DNA of 64,000 nucleotides from assembly GCF_000181795.1 (NCBI RefSeq), contig NW_003526944.1, forward strand, positions 3,003,584 to 3,067,583, written 5' to 3'. The notes below the pieces were generated by a model. It was not told the origin of the DNA and did no database searches. It was given only the letters and a program-made list of their open reading frames with translations. Every line of letters begins with the position of its first letter. Position 1 is the stretch's first letter. Of this stretch, positions 10,914-23,000 are shown one piece after another. A program made the translations under genes and the position numbers. The DNA is from Trichinella spiralis (taxonomy: Eukaryota).

Positions 10914-13136
10914 ATGGATCGCATTGGAATGACCGATTCGATGGTTTCATCGTCCTATTCAGTTACATCAGAACGCCGTTGTTTTGTAGAAGCGGAAAAT
11001 TCACTGCAAAATGTCCATTCCAAACAGCTACTGGTTATTGGTATTTGCTTGTGCTTGACCGGCATATTTTGGCTAGCTGTAGCGATTGCTTTGTACAGTG
11101 TAGCGGTTGATTTTTATGCAAATTTGGTTTACGAGGCTCGTTGGCTTCTTGCCGGCTTGTTGCTGTCCGGATTGTTCGCGGTGATGTTGCAGCTAGTTCG
11201 AATGGAGACCATCTTCATCAGCTGTGCAACTTGTTCAATTTACAGTTGTTCTTGTTGTGTTGTTGTGTTTGCGGTTTATGCGGTCAATTTGCACCGGTCG
11301 ATAAATTTAAATTTAACCGACTGGTTGGCAACGAATGCAGAAATGATTCGTGGACAACAAACTGGTGCTATTGTACTTGCGGATGAGATATCCTCAAAAA
11401 AGGATCCCACTCAAGCGAAACTGAATTACGTCAAACTGTGCGTGAGCATTTGCGTTGTATGCGTGGTTGGAATTTTGCTCTGCATACTGCTCACTTGGCG
11501 TCTGTTTCGCATCGCCAGCCGGTACTACTCGTACATGGAGATGAAACGATCGTTGGTGAAATTCCTCTGCTCTGGTGGAACGGTGCAGCTCAGCTTGGCA
11601 CTGTTCAGTTGTTATTTTGCGTTTCAAATTCTAGCATTGCCCTACTCCTACGTGCACACATTCATGATACAAGAGCTGTTGTGCGGTTTGACTCTGCTGA
11701 GTGTCACCGTTTTGCAATTTCTACTGATCTTCCGGCCCAATCGACTGCTGCTCAAAGTACTTCTGGTGTTGCAGTTGCTCCAATTCATCCAAGAGACATT
11801 CTACTCGTGGAATTCGTATTACATTTCGTTGTATATTCACTCGAGCAAAGCCAAAGTTGCCGTCGATTTGGATTACGATCAGACGGTGATGATGATCAAC
11901 TTTGTTGCCCACTTTGTACGAGCTTCAATCTGTGCAAATGCAGCGATGCGTTTGTCGGATTTACTGAACGTATCAATGGACTGGGCTGCGCCGGTATTAC
12001 GACAGCCGTTCTCTTCTTCGGTGCAACGTTTTCTGATCATCGTCACCAGTATCTACTTGCTTCTTGCAATATGCCACGTTGTGATTGACATTTTCTACAC
12101 GGCAATGGTGCACATCTATCGCACGTTGCTTGCATTCACCGGTATATCGGTTTTGTACGTCACCATGGCCGGTGTGTGTCTTTCGTATTTTGTTCGGTAC
12201 AAAACGGATTTTGCGTTGACTTTGTCGACGGTTTTCGTATTGTTAGCCTTGTCGGTGTCGGTGCACGCGCTTTACGTTTACGTGGACACGTCGTTGAACA
12301 ATTCATTGCTCAGTCATTTGGATACACTGGGCAAGGAAAAGCGTCAGCCAAGTTTGATGCATTTGGCCGAAGCCATATTGGCGTTTTTCTCTCTGCTCAT
12401 TTCACTGGTGACTGCATTTGCACTTTTCCGACTGATGCACTTGCAAAGCGACAAGCTGACTAAAACAACTACAACTGACAGACGTCTGCAGAAAATACTC
12501 AAATGGTTGTGGTATGCCGCTTTGATTTTATTAGCTCTGACCAGCGTCGAAGCCATGCTAAATGTATTTGTCAAGCAAGACTGGCAGCTGTTTGACAACA
12601 CTGTCGCGTACAATGTATTGGATATTATTTCTACTTATGTGCTGGTTGCTTTGCAAATGCACGTATCCAGTGCAACAAACGCGCAGTGTGGCTTCGCACT
12701 GGTGGTATTGTTTTTTCTTCTGCTTTTCGAAACGCTGACCACATTCAACTACTTGAGCAGTTACACAAATTACATGCAATTGTTGATCGTGCTCAGTCAG
12801 CTCACTTCCAGCTTATCAACTTTTGATATCACGGCACGTTCTGAACGACTGAATCCTTTGTTACCCCTCAGACAAGTTCGATTACTTTTCGCCAACCACA
12901 TTGTGCAGCTAATTCAGTGGGCTGTAACTATTGCCAGTGTTGTTCTAGTCGGTGTTGCATTTGAGTTAATTGTTGAAAAAGGTCGTCGAGAAATCAAACC
13001 TACCACCGTCACCGCCACCACCACCATCACCACCACCACAACTACTATCACCACTGCAACTACCACCATGGTGCTTCCTTGTTCTTCAACGGTCGTTTCA
13101 GCTTACGTAAATCCCGTTGTTACAGGTCCAGTTTGA
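10914..13136 (+). CDS. Uncharacterised polytopic membrane protein (~740 aa, ~16 TM helices), single coding exon
   Basis: Stop-free 2.2 kb ORF, more GC-rich than its flanks. The acceptor ttttacag at ~10909 lies just before ATG 10914. About 16 hydrophobic segments and a Thr-rich C-terminal tail. The first 16 codons of the ORF track are a (TATG)n artefact. Confidence 0.85.
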   Translation: MDRIGMTDSMVSSSYSVTSERRCFVEAENSLQNVHSKQLLVIGICLCLTGIFWLAVAIALYSVAVDFYANLVYEARWLLAGLLLSGLFAVMLQLVRMETIFISCATCSIYSCSCCVVVFAVYAVNLHRSINLNLTDWLATNAEMIRGQQTGAIVLADEISSKKDPTQAKLNYVKLCVSICVVCVVGILLCILLTWRLFRIASRYYSYMEMKRSLVKFLCSGGTVQLSLALFSCYFAFQILALPYSYVHTFMIQELLCGLTLLSVTVLQFLLIFRPNRLLLKVLLVLQLLQFIQETFYSWNSYYISLYIHSSKAKVAVDLDYDQTVMMINFVAHFVRASICANAAMRLSDLLNVSMDWAAPVLRQPFSSSVQRFLIIVTSIYLLLAICHVVIDIFYTAMVHIYRTLLAFTGISVLYVTMAGVCLSYFVRYKTDFALTLSTVFVLLALSVSVHALYVYVDTSLNNSLLSHLDTLGKEKRQPSLMHLAEAILAFFSLLISLVTAFALFRLMHLQSDKLTKTTTTDRRLQKILKWLWYAALILLALTSVEAMLNVFVKQDWQLFDNTVAYNVLDIISTYVLVALQMHVSSATNAQCGFALVVLFFLLLFETLTTFNYLSSYTNYMQLLIVLSQLTSSLSTFDITARSERLNPLLPLRQVRLLFANHIVQLIQWAVTIASVVLVGVAFELIVEKGRREIKPTTVTATTTITTTTTTITTATTTMVLPCSSTVVSAYVNPVVTGPV

Positions 13137-13816
13137 ATGAATGTTCTGATCTTTTCATTCAACATTGCATTGAAAATTTTTCATTTTTCATGTTCCTTCC
13201 AGTAAAACTGTGCACAATTGCAAGCCGCACAAACAAACATCTGTCTAATTTGCACATAACTGCTTATGTGCTGGGATGTTAAAACGCTTCAAATGCAGTT
13301 CAAAATTGGAATCTTAAAAATATCAAATTTACATTAAAACATAAGAATGCTTACCGCCAAAATGACAAATATGCTAATCATAGCTTTTACGACCATTTCA
13401 CTTGAAGTTTCTACAATGTTGCAAGAAAATCAAACCCAACTCAAAATGCTTATCATTTATGTTGTATGTGATCGTGCATATCATGCACCATAAATAAGTG
13501 GAGGGGGGGAGGGAAGACATGGACCATCATGAACCATAAATAAAATGAACGCAACTGCACACAATTCAGTAGTCATGCTCAAGTTGATTCCCACTTGTTG
13601 CATGCAAGTTCGTTCCGCTGGGCTTGTTTTATTTACTTGTATTTTTCTCAAAAATTTAAATTATCGTGATGCTAAATGATGCGCTTCAACAAAATGACCA
13701 ATGCAATAGTTTACTTTAAAAAGGTACTAATAAATGAGATAAAACTTTTACACAGCAAGCAGAATATATAGCAGGCAAAAGATTAAAGAAAACCCAAAAA
13801 TAAAGTCAATAAACAA

Positions 13817-13864
<48 letters not shown>
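13817..13864. repeat. (TATATG)8 microsatellite
   Basis: Read directly. It produces the spurious IHIHIH ORF 13748..14017. Confidence 0.92.
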
Positions 13865-13867
<3 letters not shown>

Positions 13868-14138
13868 GTGTATATATATGTACAAATAATGAATGAAAAT
13901 AAGCTGTTTTGTCTTACAAGGTAGAATATTTTCCGTAATTTTCAAATAATTATATAAGCAGGTCGGTTGAGTGAGAAAGTCAGTTGACGGTGTATGATCA
14001 TCATACGTGGTGAACAATAACTTTTCCCTCGGGGCAGAAAAATACAGCCACCTCTCTCACGCGCTGAATGAATAAATAAATAATTAATCGATCAATTAAA
14101 ACGTGAAGCAGCACCACAAAAACAACAGAATCCGTTGT

Positions 14139-17100
14139 CTAAGCTATCATTTTTGTCGATGTGTACGAGTTGCAACAATCATACTGCATGTCTGAACATT
14201 GACAACAGCACTGCAAGCATTTCAAAATGCGATCAACAGCGCTGTTAAGATCGTTTTCGAAAAATGACACGTCCCTTGACGAGGCCATGTCTTTTAAGTA
14301 GAGGATGGCACGGCAATAACTTCTCAGTGGAGATTCAGTTTCCTGAAGAATCATTATTCAAATAAATAAATAACAACTAATTGATCAATTTAACAATTCC
14401 ACATACTGTGGCGACTGTTCCTTCAGCATTAGCAGCAGTAGCAGCAACAGCACCACTACCACCACCACCACCACCGTTGCAAACAGCTCTTGAAGTATTG
14501 TGGACGATGGAATCTGTGGAAAAATTTGCAACAACCGTCGCACCACTCCCAATAGCATAGCCAAGCTGCAAACGTACGAACAATTATCGTCATTGAATTT
14601 GTCACCTGGATTGTGATTCAGATGTTTCATCAATTTTATTCTCTCACTCACCTTTACAAGATCGTAAATGGAGTTGGTGGAACAGGAGACGGCGTAAAAA
14701 ACGCACAAAGACGAGGCAATCGCTCCAAGACGTTGTTCGGGCAGAAAATCATCAGCCAAAGCAAATGTCACTTTTAAATTTCTGAAAAATGTTCAGGTAA
14801 CGGAAGAAAGAATAATCGTAAAAATAGAGAATCCCTTGTCTTATTATTTGGTCTGACACTGGTCGCCCGCTTGAAATATGAAGTAATGAAATTGATAAAT
14901 AACAGCAGGAATGTTGAACAGAAGAAACCATCCGCAAAAGATGAATTGAAAAAGAAATCAACCACCGCCACCAAACCCCAATGATTGACATTATGAAATA
15001 GAATGTCGAAAAGAAATTAATATATACTGGGTGATACTGCGAACGTATACAGACAACAGAACACAGCCTGATATTATCATTCTTGGACCTACTACTAACT
15101 ACGTTTGAACAAAATTTCACTGATGATATATATAATTATACAAGATGATGATGATAATAAAATAATTTAAAAAATAAAAAACAAATCAAAAAATAAAAAT
15201 ACAATTCGAAAATGCTCTTCTGAAAGACAAGATGGTCTGCATTTGTCAACATTCCTGCACTGCTATTCACCAACTATGCAAAAATGAAAGCAACTCCTCA
15301 TTTGTGAAAACCTTAACACAACTTTGACATTGAAAAAAAGAACGTACAAAACCTGAAAAAAAATTTTTGAAAAATACGAATGAATGAATTGGAACAAAAA
15401 AAGTTGTTTGTTTTCATACGTGTGTGTCAGTCAGTGTGTGGGCAAGCAAGCCATGGCAGTACAAGATGAACAAAAGATGGGATCATTGTGCATGTTACTT
15501 ACTGGAGAGAAGTACGACGTATTCCAAAACGTTCGTACCGACGGTCAAACATGTAAATTGATGGCGTCGAGTAAAATATTCAATCGTACACGTGCACATA
15601 TCTGCACGAATCTGTATCTGTATCTGTGTCTGTGTCAGTGTAAAAAAAGAGAGTAAGAAGCACAACAATCAGCCAAAAAACACTGAACCTATATAACACT
15701 CCCTCTCCTTTACCTGCTGCTTGCTCTGTTCTACCCTATTGCTGACGTTCTATTAGTATTATTCATTTTCGCAATCTCTCAAAAAATAATTTCCAACTAC
15801 CACTATTTCTTGCTATACTCGTGTCTTACCTAATTATTTTTACCTATCACATAAAAAAGAAGAATGTGAACATATTCTATGATTAATCAAATTATCCAAC
15901 TCTCATCCGGATGCAAGATATTCGATTAAAAGAAAGAAGTGAAGAATTCAACTGACTGTGTACAAAACAATTAATTCCCATCATCCACTGTAAAAATTTA
16001 TGAAACAAACTTCCATGAAGAAAGTTTATTTACTAGCGTAAATAATGATAATGCAAAAGCGGCAAAAGTCAAAATTGTTAAGGGGTACCCCGTTGATAGC
16101 AGCAGCAATTAACGACAAGAACAACAAAAAAAACAACATCAACAAGAACAACAACAATTATAATAATGAGAAAATATGAATGGATAATAATAAGAATAAT
16201 AGTAATAATAAGAATAATGACAATAACAACAATAAGACCCGTAACATTATTATTATTATTACTATTATTATTATTATTAGTCAATGTTCAGTGTTTCAAC
16301 GTTTTGCTTGTAAATAAATACAAATAGCTGCTAATTGATTACATATGCATATATATATAGATAGATAGATATAGATATAGATGGATAGGGGGTAGTGGAG
16401 ATGATGAATAAGGAATGGCGACAGAAAAAAAGAGGAAAATGTGAAATAAAGAAAGAAGCTTTGTTAATAACAAAAATGCAGATGTGTTCTGCTCTCTCCT
16501 CTGATACCGTTCAATCAGGTCTTTGGCCAAACACTGACACAGAACCTCCAGAGCGTACTAAAACCAAATTTTGTAAAACGACAAACGTTCATCACATGCA
16601 CAACAGCAAAATTTAAAAAAAAATTTCAATTCATTCTGCTGCTTTTTTCTTTTTGTAAAAAATTTTCCATTATCCAATTCTATATACCCATATATATATA
16701 TTTTTTTTTCGGTCAACAGCATTTAAACCAACAATTTTTCATCATCAATCGTTTTCAATTCAGAATTTTTTCACCGATGAAAAAAGCCACCCTCGACGAC
16801 CCTCTCTCTAGCAGCAACAGCAGCGGCAGTATGTATAGTAGTAGTAGTAGTAGTAGCAGCAGCAGCAACAACAACAACAACAACAACAGCTTTCACTGAC
16901 GACGAGTAGTAGATTCAGTAATGTAATTGATATTTATGCAAATATTTTATAAATAAATTTTGTTGTCCAAATTGAAGAAACTGAATAACATAAAATTAAC
17001 ATGCTGACGACCATGATGAAAATGAAAACAAAACATTTGCATAAAATAAGAAGAAGGAAAAAAGATAAAAAAAAGAAGAAAGTATCAAAATGATATTTTT

Positions 17101-19191
17101 TTATCATTGATGATACTCATGCAAATGAGTTGCTTTATTCAATGAATTCATTTTCATCGTCCAATAAAAAACAAATAATAATAAAACTCGAAAAAATAAT
17201 TGGAAAAATTTTTTGTTTCATAGCAACTATGTTGAACAAAAATGAAAATAAATAACAAAAAAAATTAAAATATACATCAATAATTTTTTTAGGAAATTAT
17301 AAATTGATTGACATGAAATTTATTTTTTTATAATCAAAAACTCTTTAATTCTTTTCTGTGCAAAAAAAAGATTTAAATATGAAAAGCAAAAAACTGTTCA
17401 TTATAAAATTATTACTTTCAACAAAAAAGATCAATAAAATATTCTCAAAATAAATAATGTAATTTAATTAAGATTAATTAATCCGAAAACTCAAATAAAA
17501 TAATCTTACAGGAAAAAACAAAATATTGTTAAAAGAATCATGCATTAATATTTTAATGGGCAATTATTGCAGGTTGGAACAAAAAAAGCTGAAAAAAGAA
17601 CATTTATTGCACTTATACACAAAAGTTATGTATAAGGGAAGACGAAAGCAAAAAATGCTAAATACAAAATGTTGTTGCTGTTTTTGGTTTATGTTTTTTA
17701 AGCTGAAGTGTAAAAAGAGTAAAAATAACTGTGGCAAATATGTCTTAATGTAAAATCAAAAATTCAAGCTCACTTGAGTCTGCTGTACAGGTATGCCAAG
17801 CATTCGTTCGTCGGTATGGTCGCATTCATGTAAAGATGATACGCGTATTGGACATTCCCTGCAGGCAAAGCAATATCTGAAAGACAAATCAAACAACACT
17901 GATAATGATGATGATGATAATATCAATACCTTGAAGCCTTTTCAGAACAGGAACCATAACGTAGGCGACCAGCAATGAGCAAAAAGCAAGCAGGATGAAG
18001 AAAATCGGATTGTAAAACATGCACATCAATAACGCTGCATACTTGACAACACGAGCAAGAAGAATGAGTTTTGGAAAACGATACCGCAGAATGTATTCAA
18101 AATGCATCTGAACATTTTGGAAATTATTCAAAAAAAATTAACACGATCAAGTGATGAAAAAATTAATTACCCTGAAACTTTCACTGCAGACGTGATGAAG
18201 AATGAAGAAAAAAATCAAATTCAGCGGAAGGCTGAACAAACTTCCCGCGGTGGTCAAACAGCTAAAAAATAATCAAAGATGTTATATAATGAATATCAAT
18301 ATTCGTATTCATAAATATACCATCTGAACCATATTGCCAACCAGTCTAGACTTTTCAGTGATTCTTTGACAGCTTTATTTTTCAGCAGAATGCCTTCAAT
18401 CAAAGTGACTGCTTCATCAACAGAAACACAAGTCGGAACCCGATGGTGATGCAATACCCGACGGACAAAATCCACTGTTTTACAGCGATCATAATATTCA
18501 CTAAAACCAATTGAATACCACAATAAATACGAATCCGTTTTTATTATATTTCACATTCAACTTTATGCTTGCATTACCTTGGCTTAGCAACAAAGCTGCG
18601 CTCATCCGGTAGGACGACAATTATTGGAGCTCGAAGTGCTGTCAAGTAGAAATTATAATTAATAAGTATGATGTGTCGTGTAATGTAAAATGTGTTTTTT
18701 TTTTTTACCTGCTAAATAGACAATTTCGATCAAAGTGACCAAAGAGCGTTGCCTGTAATCGACAACGAACAACAAAATACGTGACTTCTGCCGAGAATAA
18801 TAAAAAAAATTAATAAACAAACAAATAAATAACAGCAATAAATCATATACTTCCTTGGCATCGTGTTCCAACTTGATCATGTCTTCACACCATGAGTCAC
18901 GTTGCTGAAATTGTCAACTTTGCAAAAAAGTGAACGAATAACGAATTTCACATTTTTAAAAAAGTTTTTAAATAAGATTAAAATTTTTGATTGACTGATC
19001 GATTTGATTGACTGGTGAACAATTTTACCGGATTGAAAAATGTAATGCCCAAACGTCGGAGATGCGGTATGAGCTCTTGTCTCCAAGTTGTCGCACCACA
19101 CGAACCACCCAAAAATACTGAAAATGCAAATATCAAAAACAAACAAACAAACAAACAAACAAATAATTATACCGTCATAATCAAATGACAT
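14139..19191 (-). CDS. olrn-1: Raw/OLRN-1-like protein: two Raw (nucleoside 2-deoxyribosyltransferase-like) repeats flanking TM segments, multi-exon
   Basis: Exons 19173-19191, 19029-19117, 18851-18904, 18709-18787 and following splice to MSFDYDVFLGGSCGATTWRQELIPHLRRLGITFFNPQRDSWCEDMIKLEHDAKEKSRILLFVVDYRQRSLVTLIEIVYLAA, the Raw-repeat signature (VFLGGSC..TWR...FFNPQ...W). Hydrophobic TM exons follow at ~17930-18260. A second repeat in exons ~14652-14780, ~14408-14566 and 14139-14342 ends RSYCRAILYLKDMASSRDVSFFENDLNSAVDRIL. Exons between ~14800 and ~17770 are unresolved. Confidence 0.8.
16836..16890. repeat. Compound trinucleotide microsatellite (TAG)n(CAG)n(CAA)n inside the olrn-1-like locus
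   Basis: Read directly from the sequence. Confidence 0.85.
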
Positions 19192-20054
19192 GTAAAGCGA
19201 CTTCCGAGTGTCGTTGAACAACGACCAACTCGCAACAATTTTTCAAATCACAGGGAAAATGTTCGTAAAAAGCTGCGCTGAAATGGAAAAAAAACAATAT
19301 ACAAATATATTAATAATAATTCGATGCGGAGGGGCGTGGCTGAAAATTCAAATTTTCAATCGCATAATCGAACAAACGTTCACAAGTAATGTCATCGAAG
19401 ACAACTGACGAGCCTTGGCGACGTCATTTTCATTTCACATACAACACATGCATACAAATGCACGTATTGTATATGTGCACACATGTATATCTCCTCCATG
19501 TGCAATAATTTTATTTCAATTTTATTATTTTGCTTTTTTTTCAAAATGAAGAAAACACAAACTGACCAGAGTTTGGCTTTCTTCATTTTTGCAAGTGGAA
19601 CAACCAAACGAAGATCATTGTTTCTTTCTTGTTAAGTAGAAATTTCGAAAAGCTGTTGAAGAAGTCGAGAATTTTCATCACAATTTGCAATGCAGCTGAT
19701 GTTGTTGAAAGCCAAAAACAACGAAATAATATTCCAACAAACAAACAAACAAACAAACAAACAAAGTTTGTTGTTGAAAATAAGAGGCGAAGAGGGTAGA
19801 AGGATACGAGAAAAAAAACGTGCAAGCATCGTGTGTAAGTAATATCGAGGAGAATCAATAAAAATGCTGCCTTTCCATGCAAACAACAACAATAAATAGA
19901 TAGATAAATAAATAAATAAATAAATAAACATCGTTAGAGCAGCAGCCAACAACAACAGCAAACAATTTGAACTGGAAAAGAAAAGAAGTAAATAAATGAA
20001 ATTAATAATAAATAACGAGAACTGAAATTTATTAAAATTTTTTAATTTTAAATC

Positions 20055-23000
20055 TCAAATTAGCCTCTCGCCGGTTTTCAAATTGTTCAACGGCAAAACT
20101 GACATTGCTGAACACTTCATCTCCTCTTTGGCCGGATTGTATTTGCCTTTCAGTTCACGGCTACGTCGGACGTGACGAGCCAGCAGAAAGCCAACGACGA
20201 CCAAACCCACGGCAGAAATGCACCCAAATACGGCACCGATGATCCAAGCAGGCGACCAGCCCGACGACCATGACGACGACGACGATGATGCTGATGATGA
20301 TTCTTTAGCTTCAGTCAAATTGCAAAATTTGCCTACAAATTAAAAAATTTCCACATTTTCAATTTTTCCCCTTTATTCATAATTAAAATATTGTCATTGT
20401 CAAAGATTAAATAAACACAAATCTACCCCCCCCCCCGACCACATAAACATATCTGTTGTTGAATTTTGAATTTAAAAAAAACTGTGATAATATAAAATAA
20501 TAAAATTCATCATATCAAGTATATTTATTAATTTATTTATTATTATTGGCATACACATATTTGTTCTATTCAATTCCACCACATCATTCATCTTATATTA
20601 TGCACACTATTCAAAACTTGTGACGACAAAACAAACAAAACGAGCGTCGTCATTTCATCATATAAATAACAAGAATAAGCTGCTTTCTTATTCTGTTGTT
20701 GTTTTTACTTTCTGTTTAGTTGAAATAATGAATGAATGAACGAACGTTTTTCAAGTTAATTAAAACAGCCAGCGTAAGCATAGTAGTAATATAGCAGCAG
20801 CTAAAGCTCCTCCTCCTCGTCATCGAAGTGTTCAAGTGGAAAATGAAATTTCACAGAAAAAATATTTTCATTATAATGAAACTGTATAGATTTTATAATT
20901 TCACAACAAAACAAAAACATATACGTTTTAAATTTTTTTAAATTAGTGAATTTTTCAACGTGAAGATGAAAAAAAAGTTGCCCAAGTGCTGCTGCACCCA
21001 GAAAATATCAAAGCACACCAACCAACTACATACATCTAATTTTAAATAAATATGTGCACCAAAAGCCTTTTTTTCAAAACAAAAAATGAACAAATTAAAA
21101 AATATCTATATTTACCATAATAACCGGCATGACAGTTGCATTGGAAATGGGTTTTTTGATTGACACAAACGCCGTGAGCACCGCACGCACCGTCATGTTC
21201 AACACAGTGGTCAATTGGCAATTCACAAAAATTTCCCCGATGACCAGTACCCGCACAGTCACATCTGAATGGATAATTTAAATTTACATTACTTAATGAA
21301 CAATTAATTAAGTAGTTTTTTTTTCAAAAAATAAACCTGAAAGTGATTTCGTCACAAACACCACCGTTGTGACATTGGTTGGTTGCACAAGAAGAAGATG
21401 CCGCCGGCTCGTTAATGCCGCTAGAGGAAAGTTCACAATGGTCACCGCGCCATCCGTCGGAACAATTGCACCAGTATGGGGCGTTGGCGGTGAACGGGCG
21501 CACCTCGTCGGCCAATTCCATCGCATTGGTCAAATGGCACTGGCCGCCATTTTGACACGGGGTGTAAGCTTCACATATGTGCAAAAAGGCACAATTCAAG
21601 CCGAGATACATTTTCGGACACCGACATCCAATACCCGGTACACATTGGCCACCGTTCAAGCAAACCCACGGACATTTTTTCCGTTGACCATCGGTCGACA
21701 AAGTTCCATCAGCAACAGTAGCAGCGGTAGTGAAATTATTTTCAACGTTGTCAAAAGTCGAATTCCAAGCAACACCAGCAGTGACTGTGCTATTATTATT
21801 ATTATCATTATTGTTGTCGTGATTTACAGAATAATAATGCAAATCATCATCATCATCACTGCTGCTGGTATTGCTGCTTTTCGTTGTGATGAAAACTTCC
21901 AAAACATCTTCACTACTTTTCACATGCGTATTATTATTATTATCATTTGGTCCGAACGTATTCTGGTCCAAATTACCACCCTGATCATCATCATCATCGG
22001 CTGATGACAAATTGAACAACCGCATATCATCACAAGTGGAATTTGCATAATTGTCAGCACAATCGCAATACCACTGCAAAGTACTACTACCGTTGTTGAA
22101 CCCAGAACGACACTTCGCGCCGTTGTAGCACACCGTACGACCATCGTCACCGCACAATTCAACCGTCACCACAGCAGAATATTCACCGGCAATTGTTGCA
22201 CAAGAGCATGGGGTCACATTGGTATCGGCAGCAGCGGATGCTTCTGCACAGACGGCTTTCATGGAGCCGCAGTGGTCAGTGTCACCGTCGCACGTCCAGT
22301 TTGCCGTGCAACGCTCACCACAAGATCCCCCAGAACACTGGCAAAACAGAGATTCACCGTCGTCGGGCAAGAGCAAGCACACCCCATTAGTGCCACAGTG
22401 GTATACTGAACAACTGTTGTTCCAATATTTCGTCGTCGTACTGCAAAAATACAAAAGTTTTTTTTCAAATTTAAAAATATTAAAATAAGTAAAGCAACAA
22501 CATGATCAAATTTGATTTGAAAATTAATTGCAAATTGGTTTTTCCAAATCAATTTGTAAAAAATTAATACAAGCACAATATGGAACAAAAAATGCAGTGT
22601 AAAATTTTGTTCAATGTTTGAATTATAATAATTAAATAGAGGTTTCGCTATGATTGACGACATCGATATCAATTCCAATATTACACTTCTACGGATAATA
22701 ATGCATTACAATGCAATAATTGCACGCATGAAAAGTGAACAAAATGCCAAATAAAGAGCCAGATACACACGCAAACGCGCACACGAGTCGCACCATTATC
22801 GCATAAGCAGCTAGCTACTAGTAGAATTCTAGCTAGCTAGCTAGTGAGCTGCATACAATCAACTAGTCAGCTAAGATAGCTAAGATGGATAGCTGACTGC
22901 TGACTTAGCTAGCAAGTGGAAGACCGACTGACTGGCTGAGTGAGTGAGTGAGTGAGTGAGTGAATGACTGAGTGGTTGGCTGGCTAGCTATAAGCCGTGA

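Noticed and set aside
11141..12463. Overlapping alternative-frame ORFs (81, 216 and 95 aa) within the 16-TM gene
   Set aside because: Off-frame by-products of Leu/Val-rich codons, with no independent start or splice context.
13748..14017. ORF with an IHIHIH repeat
   Set aside because: Translation of the (TATATG)8 microsatellite.
14385..14566. Poly-Val/poly-Leu stretch in ORF 14385..14771 resembling a TM helix
   Set aside because: Wrong frame. After the intron 14567-14651 the real frame reads LGYAIGSG...GGGGGGSGAVAATAANA.
21369..22004. 211-aa plus-strand ORF
   Set aside because: Antisense shadow of the large EGF exon. Its poly-Ile runs come from the Asp/Asn codon repeats on the coding strand.
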